Origin: Gordius albopunctatus
Taxonomy: Eukaryota
Assembly: GCA_964276515.1 (NCBI GenBank)
Contig: OZ193910.1
Location: 4,030,001-4,094,000 of the forward strand
Reading direction: 5' to 3'
Length of the DNA stretch: 64,000 nt
Part shown: positions 50,221-63,720 of the stretch, in pieces
Layout: every line of letters starts with the position of its first letter
Numbering within the stretch: position 1 is the first letter of the stretch
Notes under the pieces: model-generated
The model's database searches: none
What the model saw: the letters and a program-made list of their open reading frames with translations, nothing else
Told to the model about the DNA's origin: nothing
Translations under genes and position numbers: made by a program

Positions 50221-53200
50221 TCTTCTTCTTCTTTCTATGACTGCTTTTCACTTAGGCTGGTGGTCAGTCCTTTGAGCATTCGTTTCTATTTGTTTCTATG
50301 TTTACATAGATCTTTCTTTATCTTGTAGACTTTCATATCATGCCGTATTTTATGAATACAGGTAAGCTTAGGGTTCTCTCCTTCGTTTTCCTGCGAAATA
50401 TATCTTTTTGATTTTATTTCCTACGTAGCTATCGTTCCTTCTTTTGACATGACCATACCATCTTAGTCTATTTGTTAGGAGCTTTGTCGCAATTGATGTA
50501 GTACCCAAAATTCTTCTTATTTCTTCATTTCGCCTATGGTCCTTTTTGCTTACTCCTAGCACCCATCTTAGCATTCTCATCTCCATGGCCGCAAGACTTT
50601 GCTCTTCTCTTTTACGTATAGCCCATGATTCCGAGCTATACAGGACTATTGGCTGTATGATGAATTTATACAGTGCGCCTTTTACTCTTCTCGGGATGTT
50701 TTTGTCACACAGAACACCTGTCAAGTCCCTTCACTTGAGCCATCCGGAATTTATCCTTGCATGGATTTCTTTATCCATTCCAACGCCTAATTGAAGTGTT
50801 GATCCTAAATATTTGAAGGAATCCACGCTTGTAAGTTGCCAATCGCCTCATTTGCTAGTTTTCATCCAATTTAAACTTTGTCTTCGTGTATTCTGTTTTC
50901 TTTCGATTTACCCTGAGACCACATTCTTCTATTGCATTTACCCATCTATTTACAGTATTAGCCAATTCTTGTTCTGTTAACTTTTGGCACAGAGGATTAT
51001 ATCGTCTGCAAAGATCATGGCCCAAGGAGCTTCCTCGCCCAAATCCTTTGTAATATTATCCATTATCATTATGAATAAGAAGGGACTAAGAGCTGAACCT
51101 TGATGGACTCCAGTGTTAATGGCAAAGCCCTTTGTAGTTCCCACCGTTGTTCTAAAGTACGTTCTATTTCCCTTGTACATATCTTTTATTGCTCTGACGT
51201 ATACTTCTGGCACATTGTTTTCTTCAAGGCATTTCCAAACTAAATTACTAAGAACTTTATCGAACGCTTTTTCTAGATCGATGAAACACATGTGCAAATC
51301 CTCTTCCCTTTCTTTAAACCGTTCCATTAACCTTCTAACACTGTTTAGGGCGTCTGCTGTAGACCTCTCCGCCATAAATCCGAATTGGTTATCTCGAATT
51401 TGAACCAAATTCCGAAGCCGTTTTTCGATAACTTTTTCCCACACCTTGAAAGTGTGACTCATAAGCTTTATCCAATCCTAAATGTCCCCTTTCATCTTGT
51501 ATATTGGGATCATGTAGCTATCCCTCCACTCGTTAGGCATTTTACCCGTTTTCAAGATATTGTTGAAAAGGTTGGCAAGGAATTGTGCACCAGTATTGCC
51601 TAAAGCTTTGAAGCTCTCTATTGGTAAATTGTCGGGTCCAAGAGCTTTTCCTGACTTTAGTTTACCAATAGCAACTTCTGCTTCCGTTTCCGTGATCCAG
51701 TCCGCTGTGTTTAATTCTCCTATTGTATTTTCCTGGTTAGTGTCTTCGATTACATGCCCCTTTTCAATTGATAAATCGCTATAATAGTCGTACCATCTTT
51801 GTAGTATATGGCTGTCGTGTGTTAGTATTTCTCCCTTTTGACCCTTGATTAGCCGACATTCTAGATAATCTTTAGAATTTCGGGCCCTTGACTTTGCGAT
51901 TTTTTAGATCAATCTTTCTCCTTCCTTTGAGATGAGTTTTACATTTATATCGTCGTACACCTTGTTTTTATCTTTGGCTACGAATTTTTAAGCCGATCTT
52001 TTAGCTACTTGGTAAGCTTGCTTATCATTACTATCCTTGCTTTTATACCAAACTTTGTACAATCTCTTCTTTTCCTTGATACATTTTTGCACTTCTGAGA
52101 ATTCTTTTAGTGGACTTGCTTTCAGTTGTCGTCGCGCTTTTCGCATTGTGGCAGCTATACCATTCCATTGATCCTCACATGAAGTATTTTCCTAAAATTC
52201 ACCATGTCTAATTACTTATTCCTGAAGATGTTGAATATTATCCTTTAGCTTCCTCCATTGTATAGTAGCGGCTACTCTTTGTACCTTTTGCCCTTTAAGC
52301 CCCTTTAATATAAAGTCCATCACTAACAGCTTGTGTTGGCAGGCCAATATTTCACTCGGTATTACCTTAGAATTTTGAACATACTTTAAGTGCGCTCTGT
52401 TGACTAGAAAGAAATCTATCTGAGTGGTACGGCTACCGCTTTTGTACGTTATAAGATATTCCTGTCTCTTAAGGTATTTACTATTGCTATGTCAAAAGCT
52501 TGAGCAATTTCTAGAATTTCCGTACCTCCTTTATTTTTTAGACCGTAACCCTGACCACCGTGATTTCTTTCAAATCCTCCCCTTGATTTTCCTACGTGTC
52601 CATTGAGGTCCGCTTCGATAATTATTAGTCACTCTTTACCGAATTGGCATAGAACATCTTCAAGCTTCTTCCCAAAAAACTCTTTTTCCGTCTCAGAGCA
52701 TCCACTCTGAGGGGCGCATGCTGATATAACGTTTATCGTAGTAGATTTATAATAAAGCTGTATCGCCATAATTCTGTCATTGAATCTTTTAACGTCGACG
52801 ACAGTTTGCTGAAATTCTTCCGATAGCACTATATCGACGCCATTCCGGTGAGTTTCTGTACCATAAAAATATAATTTGTATCCGTCACCTATGTATTTTG
52901 CTTTTTGGCTCTTCCATTTGGTCTCTTGTATACAAGCGATATCGATTTTTCTCCTCTTTAGAACGTCTGCCAATTCTCAGCTCTACCTAGTCATTGTACC
53001 AATATTCCATGACCCAAACTTTATCCTATGCAAACTAATGTCTTTAACCACTTCCGTTTGTTGAAAGAGCGGTAGCCTTCGTTTATTTCCCACACATTCT
53101 AGGTGAAGAAGGCGCGCGTCGCTTAAGGGGGACGCCCTATGGTTTTCATACTGCATCTTTATTGTAGTATACATTTTGGTTTAAATGGAATGAGGGAGTA

Positions 53201-53524
53201 TTGATATCTCGGCCTTCCAAGCCTGACGGAACTATTTTAAATTTTGGCGCTTGACTACCTACTATTTTTTATGATGCAGTCATTTTGGTGAATTAAACTT
53301 TTCTTTAGACCACTCGTATTGATAAGCTTAATCTAGCACTTACATTTCACTGGTACTCCCTCAAAATAGCCAGAAATTTTAGTCTGACCCTTCACCAAGA
53401 ACCTTGCCGATAGGGTGATACTACCAGTAACAAACATAAAAATTGTGTTTGACTACCAAAGGTATAGCTTCTTGGATCATGAGAGTACACAAGCTCAACC
53501 ACCACTACAAGGTATTTCTGGCGG
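50221..53524 (-). mobile_element. Near full-length RTE-clade LINE family B (frameshifted) with RTE/Expander-like 5' UTR
   Basis: GSWNIGTM, IACIQETKW, FIDLEKAFD, FADD; (GAA)n tail; short ATAGA duplication at the flanks; high identity to 38190-40060 in the opposite orientation. Confidence 0.92.
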
Positions 53525-56214
53525 AATAGATGGTGCTAATTCTGCTTTTAACTTTACCAAAAATCATTAATAAAAGATTTAAAATAAATTTTTTTGCGTC
53601 AATCTAAAGAATTTTGAGGCTAACATGTTTATATAGGTGGCCCGTCAACTTGCCGAAAACCATCTCGCCGAATTCACCCTGGGACATTTTGTGATTGGTT
53701 GAATAAGTTGTACGATAAACCGCTTGTTGTACCACCAATTGCATCGCATACAATCAAACTGGATATTATAATCATAGAAGATTGCTGACGCAGCTTTTTT
53801 GTTCCCCATATTAAACATAACAAAAATATATTGCCCAACCCACCACCAATGGTAGTTATAATAATAATTCCAAGATATATGTAGCTGAATTTTGTTATAA
53901 TTGATTCTTGAATCCTTTTGACTATTATTTTAACTCTGGTATGTAAAAGTTGAGAAAAATTATAATGAAAAATTCACCAAAATTTTGAAATTAATGTCCC
54001 TCTATTTAATTAGATATGAAATCAATAATAATTAAATTACTAACAAACATCCTACAAAGTAATAGATAACAAGGCTTAAGGATTTCAAAAACATGTTTTT
54101 ACGATGTTAATTCCATTAATTAATTAGTTCCTTTATTCCTGAAAATAAGGTTATTCTATTACAATTTCCGTTCATATAATTGCGCCCAATTGTTATAGAA
54201 ATTAGAATAACGAGTTTGATCGCTTAAATTTAAAGGTGGGTGACATGTCTTTTTATTATAACCAAATGAAATTGATGTTCCAGCTAAGCTTAATCATAGA
54301 AATAACAACATAACATATTTCTTAATTAATTAAGGTATACACTTGATTACCATTATTAGAGCTCTACTGTTTAAATATTTTGTCTTTAATATCCTTAACT
54401 TTCGTTAATTTAGCTATACTTGTGATCATAATTATATCTGAATTTTAAGAATTAAGCATAAATAAACATATATTTAAATTTTTTTTATTTCATCAAATAT
54501 AAATGGTGCCATTGTAAACGGTGTTAGTTTACAACAAAAAATTATAAAAATAATTGGGTTTGTAATAATAAAGACCTCTATTTGTTAGTAAATATTTATT
54601 AATTTTATCAATCTGGAAAAATACAAAAAATAATAATATTATCTTCTGGGCAATTAAAGATAATGAATTGGCGTTATCTGCTATTTCAACTATCAACGCT
54701 AGGTTAAAGTGAGTATTATAATCTTCTCATGTTTGGTATTGAGTTTTTTTACGTCAAAATGTTTGTTATGTTATTGCTTAAATCTATATTAGATAAAAGT
54801 AAACATACTTTTTTAATATTAATTATAATTTATAAACTGTTCTTTAAGTTTGATAAATAATATTTAATTTCTTTATAGACAAAAGTTTATGGTAATTTAT
54901 TTTTCCATACATAATCTATTACTTTTTAGCATATATGTTTGAAATTACATTTTTTCTTAAACAAAATTTTTGTGAGTATTTTTATAAAATACCATGCGCA
55001 CATGGAAACCAACTACGATTAATAAGGCGGCTTTTGTGATGACGCGCGAAGCGAAAAAAAGCGAAGTGTTTTGGGGCTAATTTATAAACTTTTTATTCTT
55101 TTTCTTAAAATATCTATATTCATCGCGAAATTTATCATATATCACGAAAATAAAAATTGTAAATAGGAAGCGTTCATAGTGAAACTGCAGACGATTATTT
55201 TCGCCCGCAGACGATTAAAGCGAACGAAAATAAGATACAAATCATTTTGTACTTTTGGCACGATGGTTAAAAAATAGAATTTGGTATGTATGTATTTTTC
55301 ATATAATTTTATATGTTTATAGAATAAATACGATCTTATAAATGAATACCATTGATAGATATATGATAAATTTTACGATGAATATAAAGATATTAAGAAA
55401 AAGAGAGAAGAGTTTGATAAATTATCCCAAAAATTCACTTCGATTTTTTTCGCTTCGCGTGTCAGTTCCTTGAAATTGTATAAAATAATAATTGATTTGA
55501 TCTAACCCGACTTTATTATAAAATTCGTATTGTACTTTAAATAAACATTTATTTATGGGCGTAGCCGGGGGGGGGGCAGGGGGGCAAATGCCCCTCTCTA
55601 AATCCAAAAATTTGTTAAAATTTATTAAAATTATGGCTAAAATTTAAAAAAAGGATCATTTTGCCCAAGCCCTGCTTTTATTATTCTACCCTGCTCATAA
55701 ATTAAACGGTGTGATAATACCCTATATGCTTTGTGCCTAGGCATATATATAAATAATTTTTTGTCTAATTTGATGATAAATTTTAGGGGTATCAAATTAT
55801 TGAAATTTGTCTTTTTATCCAATTTAAATTAAGCTTAACTTAGTGCCTCATTCAGATTCAAACTTTAAAATATTTAAAATCTTTTAAAATATTTTATTAA
55901 ATATTATGATATTTGAGCATATTAAATTTTTTATAATGAACATTAGGCTTATTAGTTACTAAACAGAATTGACATTGTTACTTGAAAAGTTGTTTGATTA
56001 ATATAGATTAAATCATTCTTCTATTTGTTATTTATTTGAAATAAAGTAGATTCCATTTGCATTTAGGATTTTAAATCAAGGCATTATATATCCTAAAATA
56101 AAATATTGTGCCATATATTTATGACAATTGATTGATTATCATTTTTAAAAACGTAGGGGAAACCGCAGCTATATGTTTACCAGGGTCATAGACGTCCGCC
56201 TAAATAATTTTGTT

Positions 56215-56980
56215 ATTTGCTATGCAATTTATGGGCTCACTTTCCATTTTCCGAATGTCTTGTCACGCACAGAATGTCTTGCATCGAATGTCTTGTCACA
56301 CTTTTTAACAGTATAGATAGGGAGAGGAATTGCTCTAAGTGTATTTTTTGCCTGAAGTGAGGAGTAAACAAATATATAGCCTAACATTGATTTTTCTTGT
56401 TAATACCATTGTTAATATCACTTTTTGGCTGTCCCCTGGCTGCTGACCAATCAAGAAATGACCATTGGCCAAAGTTTGAAGTGAAATTTTTTTCTTCATT
56501 TTTTTGTCTAACATTGATAATTACCTTATGCCCTCCCCTAGAAGGGCCTACGCCTCTACTGATATGGGTTCCTGTGCCCCTACAAAGGCTTATGCCGCTA
56601 TTAATGTAGGTTCGAATCCCGGCGAACGTTCTGATTGCTGGTTCGAGACCCGGAGAGGACAACAATTTTTTATTTTTTTTTAATTAAATTAATATATTGT
56701 TCTTGTTAATACCATTGATAATATGACTTTTTAACCGTGTTCTGGCTACTGACCATTGAAAAAAATGACCATTGGCCAAAATGTGAATCGAAATTTTTTT
56801 TCTTCGTTTTTTTGACTCTTATATATTTATAGCCCGTCTCTGGGTACTGACCATTGAAAAAAATGACCATTGGCCAAAATGTGATGCGAAATTTTTTTTC
56901 GTTTTTTTTTTGACTCGTGTGTATTTATAGACCGTCTATTGGTACTGACCGATAAAAAAACATGACCATTGGCCATATTG
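56215..56980 (+). mobile_element. 5' part of another HINE-family copy
   Basis: 5' subTIR ttgctatgcaatttatgg, the same tandem units and B-box-like segments. Confidence 0.75.
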
Positions 56981-58669
56981 TTTTTAAGTGAAGGCTAAAA
57001 TTTCAAAATACTCCTCCCAAAATCATTATAAAATACTGATTTTTTAAAATTAGTGGGCAACTGTCCCCCCTAACTTTCCTAGATATTCCCAGGCAAGGGG
57101 GTAAATTTTATCCCTGGCCGCCCTGGGAACCTACGGGTAAAATTTGGATGCTTCCTTAAGTAACAACACAACATAATTTCTTAAATTCTTGCCCTTTAAA
57201 TTATCACATAAAATTTCACAATATAAATATTGATTTTCTATTATTGTTTCATTTTATTATATAATATATTAAAATATTTTAAAAAGTCAAATCAATTTTT
57301 TTAATAACCTTGTTTTTATATTTTCATTATATTATCCGGGATTTTAAATAAAACTTGTAGTAATTGTTTATATACAAAATATTCAATTTTCTTCCCTGCA
57401 CAAACAGTAATTTTTTTATTAAAGGCCTAATCAATGATATTTAAAGATTATCTCACTTTTATATAATTATAATAATAATATTTAACTCAATACTTTAGCA
57501 AATTTAGCCATTATTTTAATAAATTTTAGCAAATTTTTGGATTTAGAGGAAAGCAGCCACCCCTTTCTGCCCCCCTTAGCTATACCCATGGATGAAATAT
57601 AGGAACCTTACAAAAAAAATGTTGAAATTTTATATAAAAAAAATTAATTTAATATCTATAAGAGTTCCAAAATCAATAAATTAACATCTCCCCCCTCTGT
57701 AAAATCAATACGTCATTATTGTATTAGGGGGCGGGAGTGGAGGAGGTTGAGAAAGGGAGAGAGAGATGTGTTAGTATTATTAATTTATGTGCTTTAAGAT
57801 CAGCCGCTGTGGAAAAAAATAATAATAGCGTCGCACCTATAGGGAATATGGATCAGAAAAACACACAGGGAAGCAGTAAGTTCTGTAGAAAAATTATAAA
57901 TTATTTATATTTAAGTATATTAAATTCAATAATGTCGGAAATTTATTTTCGCTTAACAGGGAAAGTAGAAAAATAAAGAATTAACTGTGAGAAACAAAAT
58001 TATGTTGTTGGATCTAAATAATTAATGTTAACATTAAAATTTCCAATGAAGATTCAGGTTAAACCTTTACTGTTGCTCCTGATCTAGTCTAGGGACATTT
58101 TGATCACAAGGATCCCCAAGTAGACTAAATTTATATCTTAATGCTGGTACAATCATGATACTGCCATATAAATAAGCAACTTACACAGCTCTCATGTATT
58201 ATCTTCTTAACCTTCCGTCAATTACCGTATCTCATCTCTGTAACACCAGTGTAGAATATAGACCGATGATCCGAAGTTTGAATCCCCAAAATATTTAAAG
58301 ATCACCCTTTTGCCCATTTATAAAACTTTTGCCTCTCTCCTATTCAAAATCTTGTCTAGGCCAAATTTGATCACTGTTTTCAAAATTATTGATATAAAAT
58401 CCAAAAATGTGTGATGTTCTTAAAGCCCTGCACGGCGCCCGAAGCCCGACCGGAATCGAGAGGGCCCCCCAAATATTTTATAATTTTTCTGCGGCCCCCC
58501 ATTTTTTCATAATAATTTATATTTGTTAAATTATCTATAATATATTGATTTTCTTTTATTGTTTCATTTTATTATATAATAAACATAAAACACAACTTTA
58601 TTATTTCATTATCTATATAAATAACAAAAACTTCTACCATTCAAAAAATTATTTTCATTATTTAAATAC

Positions 58670-59185
58670 CAGCAGGGTGTGAGTGGTTATAGCGAACGGC
58701 TTGTAAACAGGAGGCAACGAGTTGGAATCCCAGAGAGGACAAAATTGTTTATAACAGACTTTTTGGCCGTCCGCTGGCTACTGACCAATAAAAAAAAGAC
58801 CATTGGCCGCATTATGAATCAAAATTTTTTTTTCGTTTTTGAATAGGTTAACATTAATAATTACACTAAGCCCTCCCCTACAAGGGCGTATGGCTCTACT
58901 GATATGGGTCCCTGTGTCCCTACAAAGGCTTATGCCTCTACTGATGTGGGTTCGAATCCCGGAGAGGGCATTTTTTTTAATTAAATGGAAAATTTGTATA
59001 AATAATTAACTAATCATTTTGCATTTAATACCCCCCTATAGGCATTCTCGCCCCTTCCCACTTTTCTGGCCATAAATTGCATAGCAAATATGCTACATTT
59101 ATACGCAGTATAGAGGAGTCGTTCCCCCTTCCATTCCCCCCTCCCTTCCCCCTCCCCCTTCCTACGAGGGCCGAAGGCCCGAGTA
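58670..59185 (+). mobile_element. 3' part of a HINE-family copy preceded by a tRNA-like segment
   Basis: 3' subTIR ccataaattgcatagcaa, C-rich tract, gggccgaaggccc hairpin. Confidence 0.75.
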
Positions 59186-59389
59186 ATTTATTTTGCTTTT
59201 AAAATTCATTCATAAATGTACTTTATTAAGCCATATTAGGCACAAAAAATAGTTGGGTTGACTCTTATTTGGGCACTCCTGAAAGGGGTTGTTATTATCT
59301 TCTAAAATTATATCATTAAACTGCAATTTATTTATTAATTTCTAATAAAGTATAAATATGTTTGGCACACTAAAGCTAATTTATTAATT

Positions 59390-59806
59390 CAAGCTGCCCT
59401 TAAAAAGGCAAAAATCCCCTCAATCCTTGAGCCGTCAGATCACTCTCTTGAAGGTAGGATGCGCCCTGACGGTTCATCTCTAGTCCCCTGGCAAAATCTA
59501 TTGACTTTTTTGCCCTCTCCCATTTTAATTACTACCCTATCGCTACAGAAGAAGGGCGTAAAACTACAAAGCCCTTTTGGCATCCAATATTTTTTTATCC
59601 CTGTCGTTGCCTCGTGCTCCGGTTCCTTTGGCAAACAGGCAATGGGGTTTTTTAAAGAAATCGGAAAACGCACCCCGAAATCTAAAATTTCTGTGTCCTT
59701 TTTACTCAGGCAACACCTAGGGATTCTTGTAGCACGATACAACTTTAAATCCTTTGCCGACTCATGGCCCGTTTTAGAAGATAATGATATAGATCTTTGT
59801 ATTTAA
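59390..59806 (+). mobile_element. CRE-like LINE endonuclease 3' fragment
   Basis: RPDGSSLVPWQ...FFIPVVASCSGSFGKQAMGFFKEIGKR. Confidence 0.72.
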
Positions 59807-61236
59807 TCAATATGTCTTTATTTTTGTAATTCGTTTATTTATGTAACTTTGATTCGTGAAAATAAACCTTTTAACCCAAAAAAAATTATGATAGTTTCAA
59901 ACAAGATTTTACAAGAAAAGGCTAGGGCGTTCTCCACAAACGACGCGCAATGCATACCCGCCCGTGGAATGTAAAAAACTCACAACGAGAGCGGTTAAAG
60001 AAATTAGTTATCATCAACAATTGTGGAAACGACGATTTGGAATTCGTAATAATCATGTTAAAGATCAAAAAATTATGTTCATATTACATGTGATCAATAT
60101 GTATAATGGTCATTTCGGTAATGTTCAATATCTTTTATCTATTCTTTGAACAAATGAGCTATAAACTAGCAAAAATTCTATCTTATTTATGCAAAGCGTT
60201 ACTCCCAGAGTTTCAAAGCACTTTCGGAGTGTTCATGATATATGTATTTCAAATATCTCGTACATCAATATTATCTTTTGCCAAATCTTATATTTTAATG
60301 TTTGCTAATGTATTTAAATTTTGTTTAAATATTTTTGATTTTTTACTATATTTATTTTGAAAATATTTCGAAATTTATATTATACCAAATTTAAATTTAT
60401 GTTTATTTTGAATGAGTTTAATAAAAGTTTTGTCTCAGTAAAACCATTAGGTTTCTAACATTAAATTTTATCAAATATGTAAATTTAAAGGGCCCATAAA
60501 ATTTCACAAACTATATAATTATTAACACGGCATTACACCTATTACCTGTGGGTTTACAATGAATAAAACTGTTTATGATAGTTATTTAGGCCCATGGGCG
60601 TAGATTAATTTTTATCTAAAAATTTTATAACCAAGATATATTGTTTTCAACAGAATTAAAGACTACTTGCTTCTTTAATTTTTCCTTAAGGCCAGGGCTT
60701 GGCACGTAAATATTTGGGTCTAGTTGAGGCCAGAGCATTAACGTGAAAAATATTCTTAGACTCAACTTAATTTTGACCCCTCCTTAACCCAATTTTTGGC
60801 TACGCTTATGGAAAATAAATAATTATTAGGCAAACGTTAAAAACTCGAAGAGTAATGACAGAATAAGATAAACATCATAAAAAAGTTTATTTTTGGAGTC
60901 AAACACATTGTTTCTGGAGATTTAAAAAATAATAATGTGATATATTTAACAAATTCTTTTATCTATATAAGCGTGTAATTTGTTAAAAAGTACCCTTTAA
61001 AGGAACTTTAATTAGGAAATTGGGACTAAATTACATAAAAAGCTTTAACTTATAATGATAATTTTTTCGTAACTACCATTTATATGGACTTGGTTTTTAC
61101 GCCAACCCCCCTGTTTCTGCATTCTGCACAGGAACTTGGAACGTCGTTGACAGTGATATTTTATAATCATTCATATCCATCAAGTCTGACTTTAGGGAAG
61201 TTGGACAGAATTGTTTATGCTTATATTTTTTTAAAG

Positions 61237-62651
61237 CAGTGGCGTAAATGAGGGAAGGGGGACGTGAAATCCCCCCCTCCTGTTTTTTGATTAATAACTA
61301 AATTAAATGGGTTTAAATATTAAAGTTTAGTTACATAAAATACTTTAATACACTTATAAAAACCTAGAAACTTAATATATACATCTAATTTTTTTGATTT
61401 AATTTTTGACAAAATGCGTTGTAAAATTTCCAAATAGGATTGTTAAAATTGCTATGAAAAAAAACTTGTTTGAACATTTATTTCCCGTGAAAACACCAGA
61501 CCGCCCCAGGAAGTAGATAACTAAGCGATTATTATAATGTTCCTCATTCTATATAATCATTTATCATATTTGTCTAAAATTTTCTGCTAGAACCCATGAC
61601 GGTTTGATAACTAAAGTGCCTGCCAAGGCCAGCCAAAACCCTTTAATTACCCAATTCACTAATGCTTTGCGAACAGCCAGGCCCAAAATTATTCTTTCTA
61701 TAACTGTTTATCACCTAGGCTGGTGGTCAGTCCTTTCAGCATTCGTTTCCATTTGTTTCTATACATAGATCTTCCTTAATCTTGTGGACTTTCATATCGT
61801 GCCGTATTTTATGAATCCAGGTAAGCTTGGGTCTTCCTCTTCTTCGCTTTCCTTCGAAATTTATCATCTCAATTTTCTTTCCGACTTAGCTATCGTCCCT
61901 TCTTTTGACATGGTCATAACATCTTAGTCTATTTTGTTAGGAGCTTTGTCGTAATAGATGTAGTACCCAAAATTCTTCTTATTTCTTCATTTCGCCTATG
62001 TTCCTTTTTGCTTACCCCTATCTAGTGATGCGGAAAAACCGAGAAAAATCTCGGTCTCGCCTCGTCTCGTCTCGAAAAACCGAGACGAGATGAGACGAGA
62101 ATTTGAAAAATGGATTCGAGATCGAGACGAGACGATGCGACATTTTTTCGGCGAGATCTCGACTTTTTATTGATCCTTAGATTTTAGTAAAATGATGGAT
62201 TTATACAGTGCGCCTTTTAGTCTTCTCAGGATGTTTTTGTCACACAGAACGCCTGTCAAGTCCCTACACTTGAGCCATCCGGAATTTATCCTTGCTTGGA
62301 TTTCTTTATCCGTTCCACCATCCTATTGAAGTGTTGATCCTCAATCGAATAATGACGAATTTAAATTTCAAGAATTAATTTTATCTTTTTTTAATTTTTT
62401 GATCTAATTTTAGAATTTTTATATATAGAAAGGTGACAAAAAATAGTAAACTTTATAAAAACTCTCATTATGGTGCCCGCCCAGGTTACTTAAAAATCTC
62501 AATTTAGAACGGTAGACTGCCCGACCCCTTAGCCGAGTGGGGCCATCAGCGTGCCCGTCTTTTTGGTTGTTTAATTTTAAATAAAAATAAATTGGAAAAA
62601 AATTCTGCCAGATTCCTCCCCCCCCTCGTGAAAAGCCTGGCTACGCGCCTG
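61237..62651. mobile_element. ~1.4-kb non-autonomous hAT element with nested insertions
   Basis: CAGTGGCGTA...TACGCGCCTG with perfect 8-bp TSD TTTTAAAG. Confidence 0.8.
61700..62340 (-). mobile_element. 3' fragment of RTE family B, interrupted at ~62022-62195 by a (CGAGA)n-rich DNA-transposon end
   Basis: Matches roughly 50230-50805; the insert begins TAGTGATG. Confidence 0.8.
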
Positions 62652-63292
62652 TTTTAAAGAAATCTTATCTAAAATTAAATTACGAACCCAGACTAATTTA
62701 GTATATAGATACGCATTGCCCTCTGCCCTAGTTCAACTTTTAACTTGTTGTCCATCAAATTTTACCAATAATATTAAAGAAAATAATTTCTAACATACAT
62801 TTAAAAATAATCGTTACTTTGCAATCATAGGCGTAGGCCTAGGCAGGATTTTGATCAGAGGGGACAATAATAATTCAGGGATGGGCAAAATAATAATTTT
62901 TTAAAACTTTAGCCATAATTATATTAAATTTAAAGGCTTTTCTTTCTGAATTAGAGAAAAGCAGCCGCCTTTCCCTGCCTCCCGTTGGCTACGCCAATGT
63001 TGACAATCCTATACACACTATTAATTGATTTGGTTATAATTTTTAACCGCTACTAGATAATACGCTACCTCTTTTATCCTAATTTAAAAAGGATTCAGTG
63101 CCATTGGACAAAAAAGCAAAAAACAAATAAATGTCTACGGAAATGCATGAATGTTTATGCGCACCTTATGATCATACATTTTATTTACATTAAATAAAGA
63201 GGTAAGACGATATAACATAAATTCTATCATTGATGATCAAATATAAATGTAAAATTAAAAGAAATATGATAAAAAAATCGTTTATGTTGGGA

Positions 63293-63720
63293 ATGTTAGT
63301 GATGACTATATAAAATAAACTTAACTATATGTAGAAATTTTATGTTTATTCCTAATAATATACTTTTAATAGAATAGATGTAGTTATATAAATGACTAAG
63401 ATTAACTGCTATATTTTTGTTATATGGGTTAAAAGCATGAAAAATTTAAATAAGGTAAGACATGATAAATTTTAAACTTTTATTAAAATGTTAGTGATGC
63501 TGATGACTATATAAAATAAACTTGACAATATGTAAATATTTTGTTTATTCCTGATAATATACTTTTAATAGAATAGATGTAGTTATATAAATGACTAAGA
63601 TTAACTGCTATATTTTTGTTATATGGGTTAAAAGTATGAAAAATTTAAATAATGTAAGACATGATAAATTTTAAATTGTTATTAAAATGTTAGTGATGAT
63701 TATATAAAATAAACTTGACA
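63293..63720. repeat. AT-rich tandem repeat, ~199-bp period, about 2.2 copies
   Basis: tacttttaatagaatagatgtag... recurs at 63361 and 63560. Confidence 0.88.

Noticed and set aside
53720..56150. Possible gene in the AT-rich region
   Set aside because: No convincing exon chain or protein motif found
58670..58741. Functional tRNA-Tyr gene
   Set aside because: Degenerate B box and stems; contiguous with repeat-element sequence
59964..60360. Short ORFs
   Set aside because: RTE 5' remnant running into AT-rich low-complexity sequence
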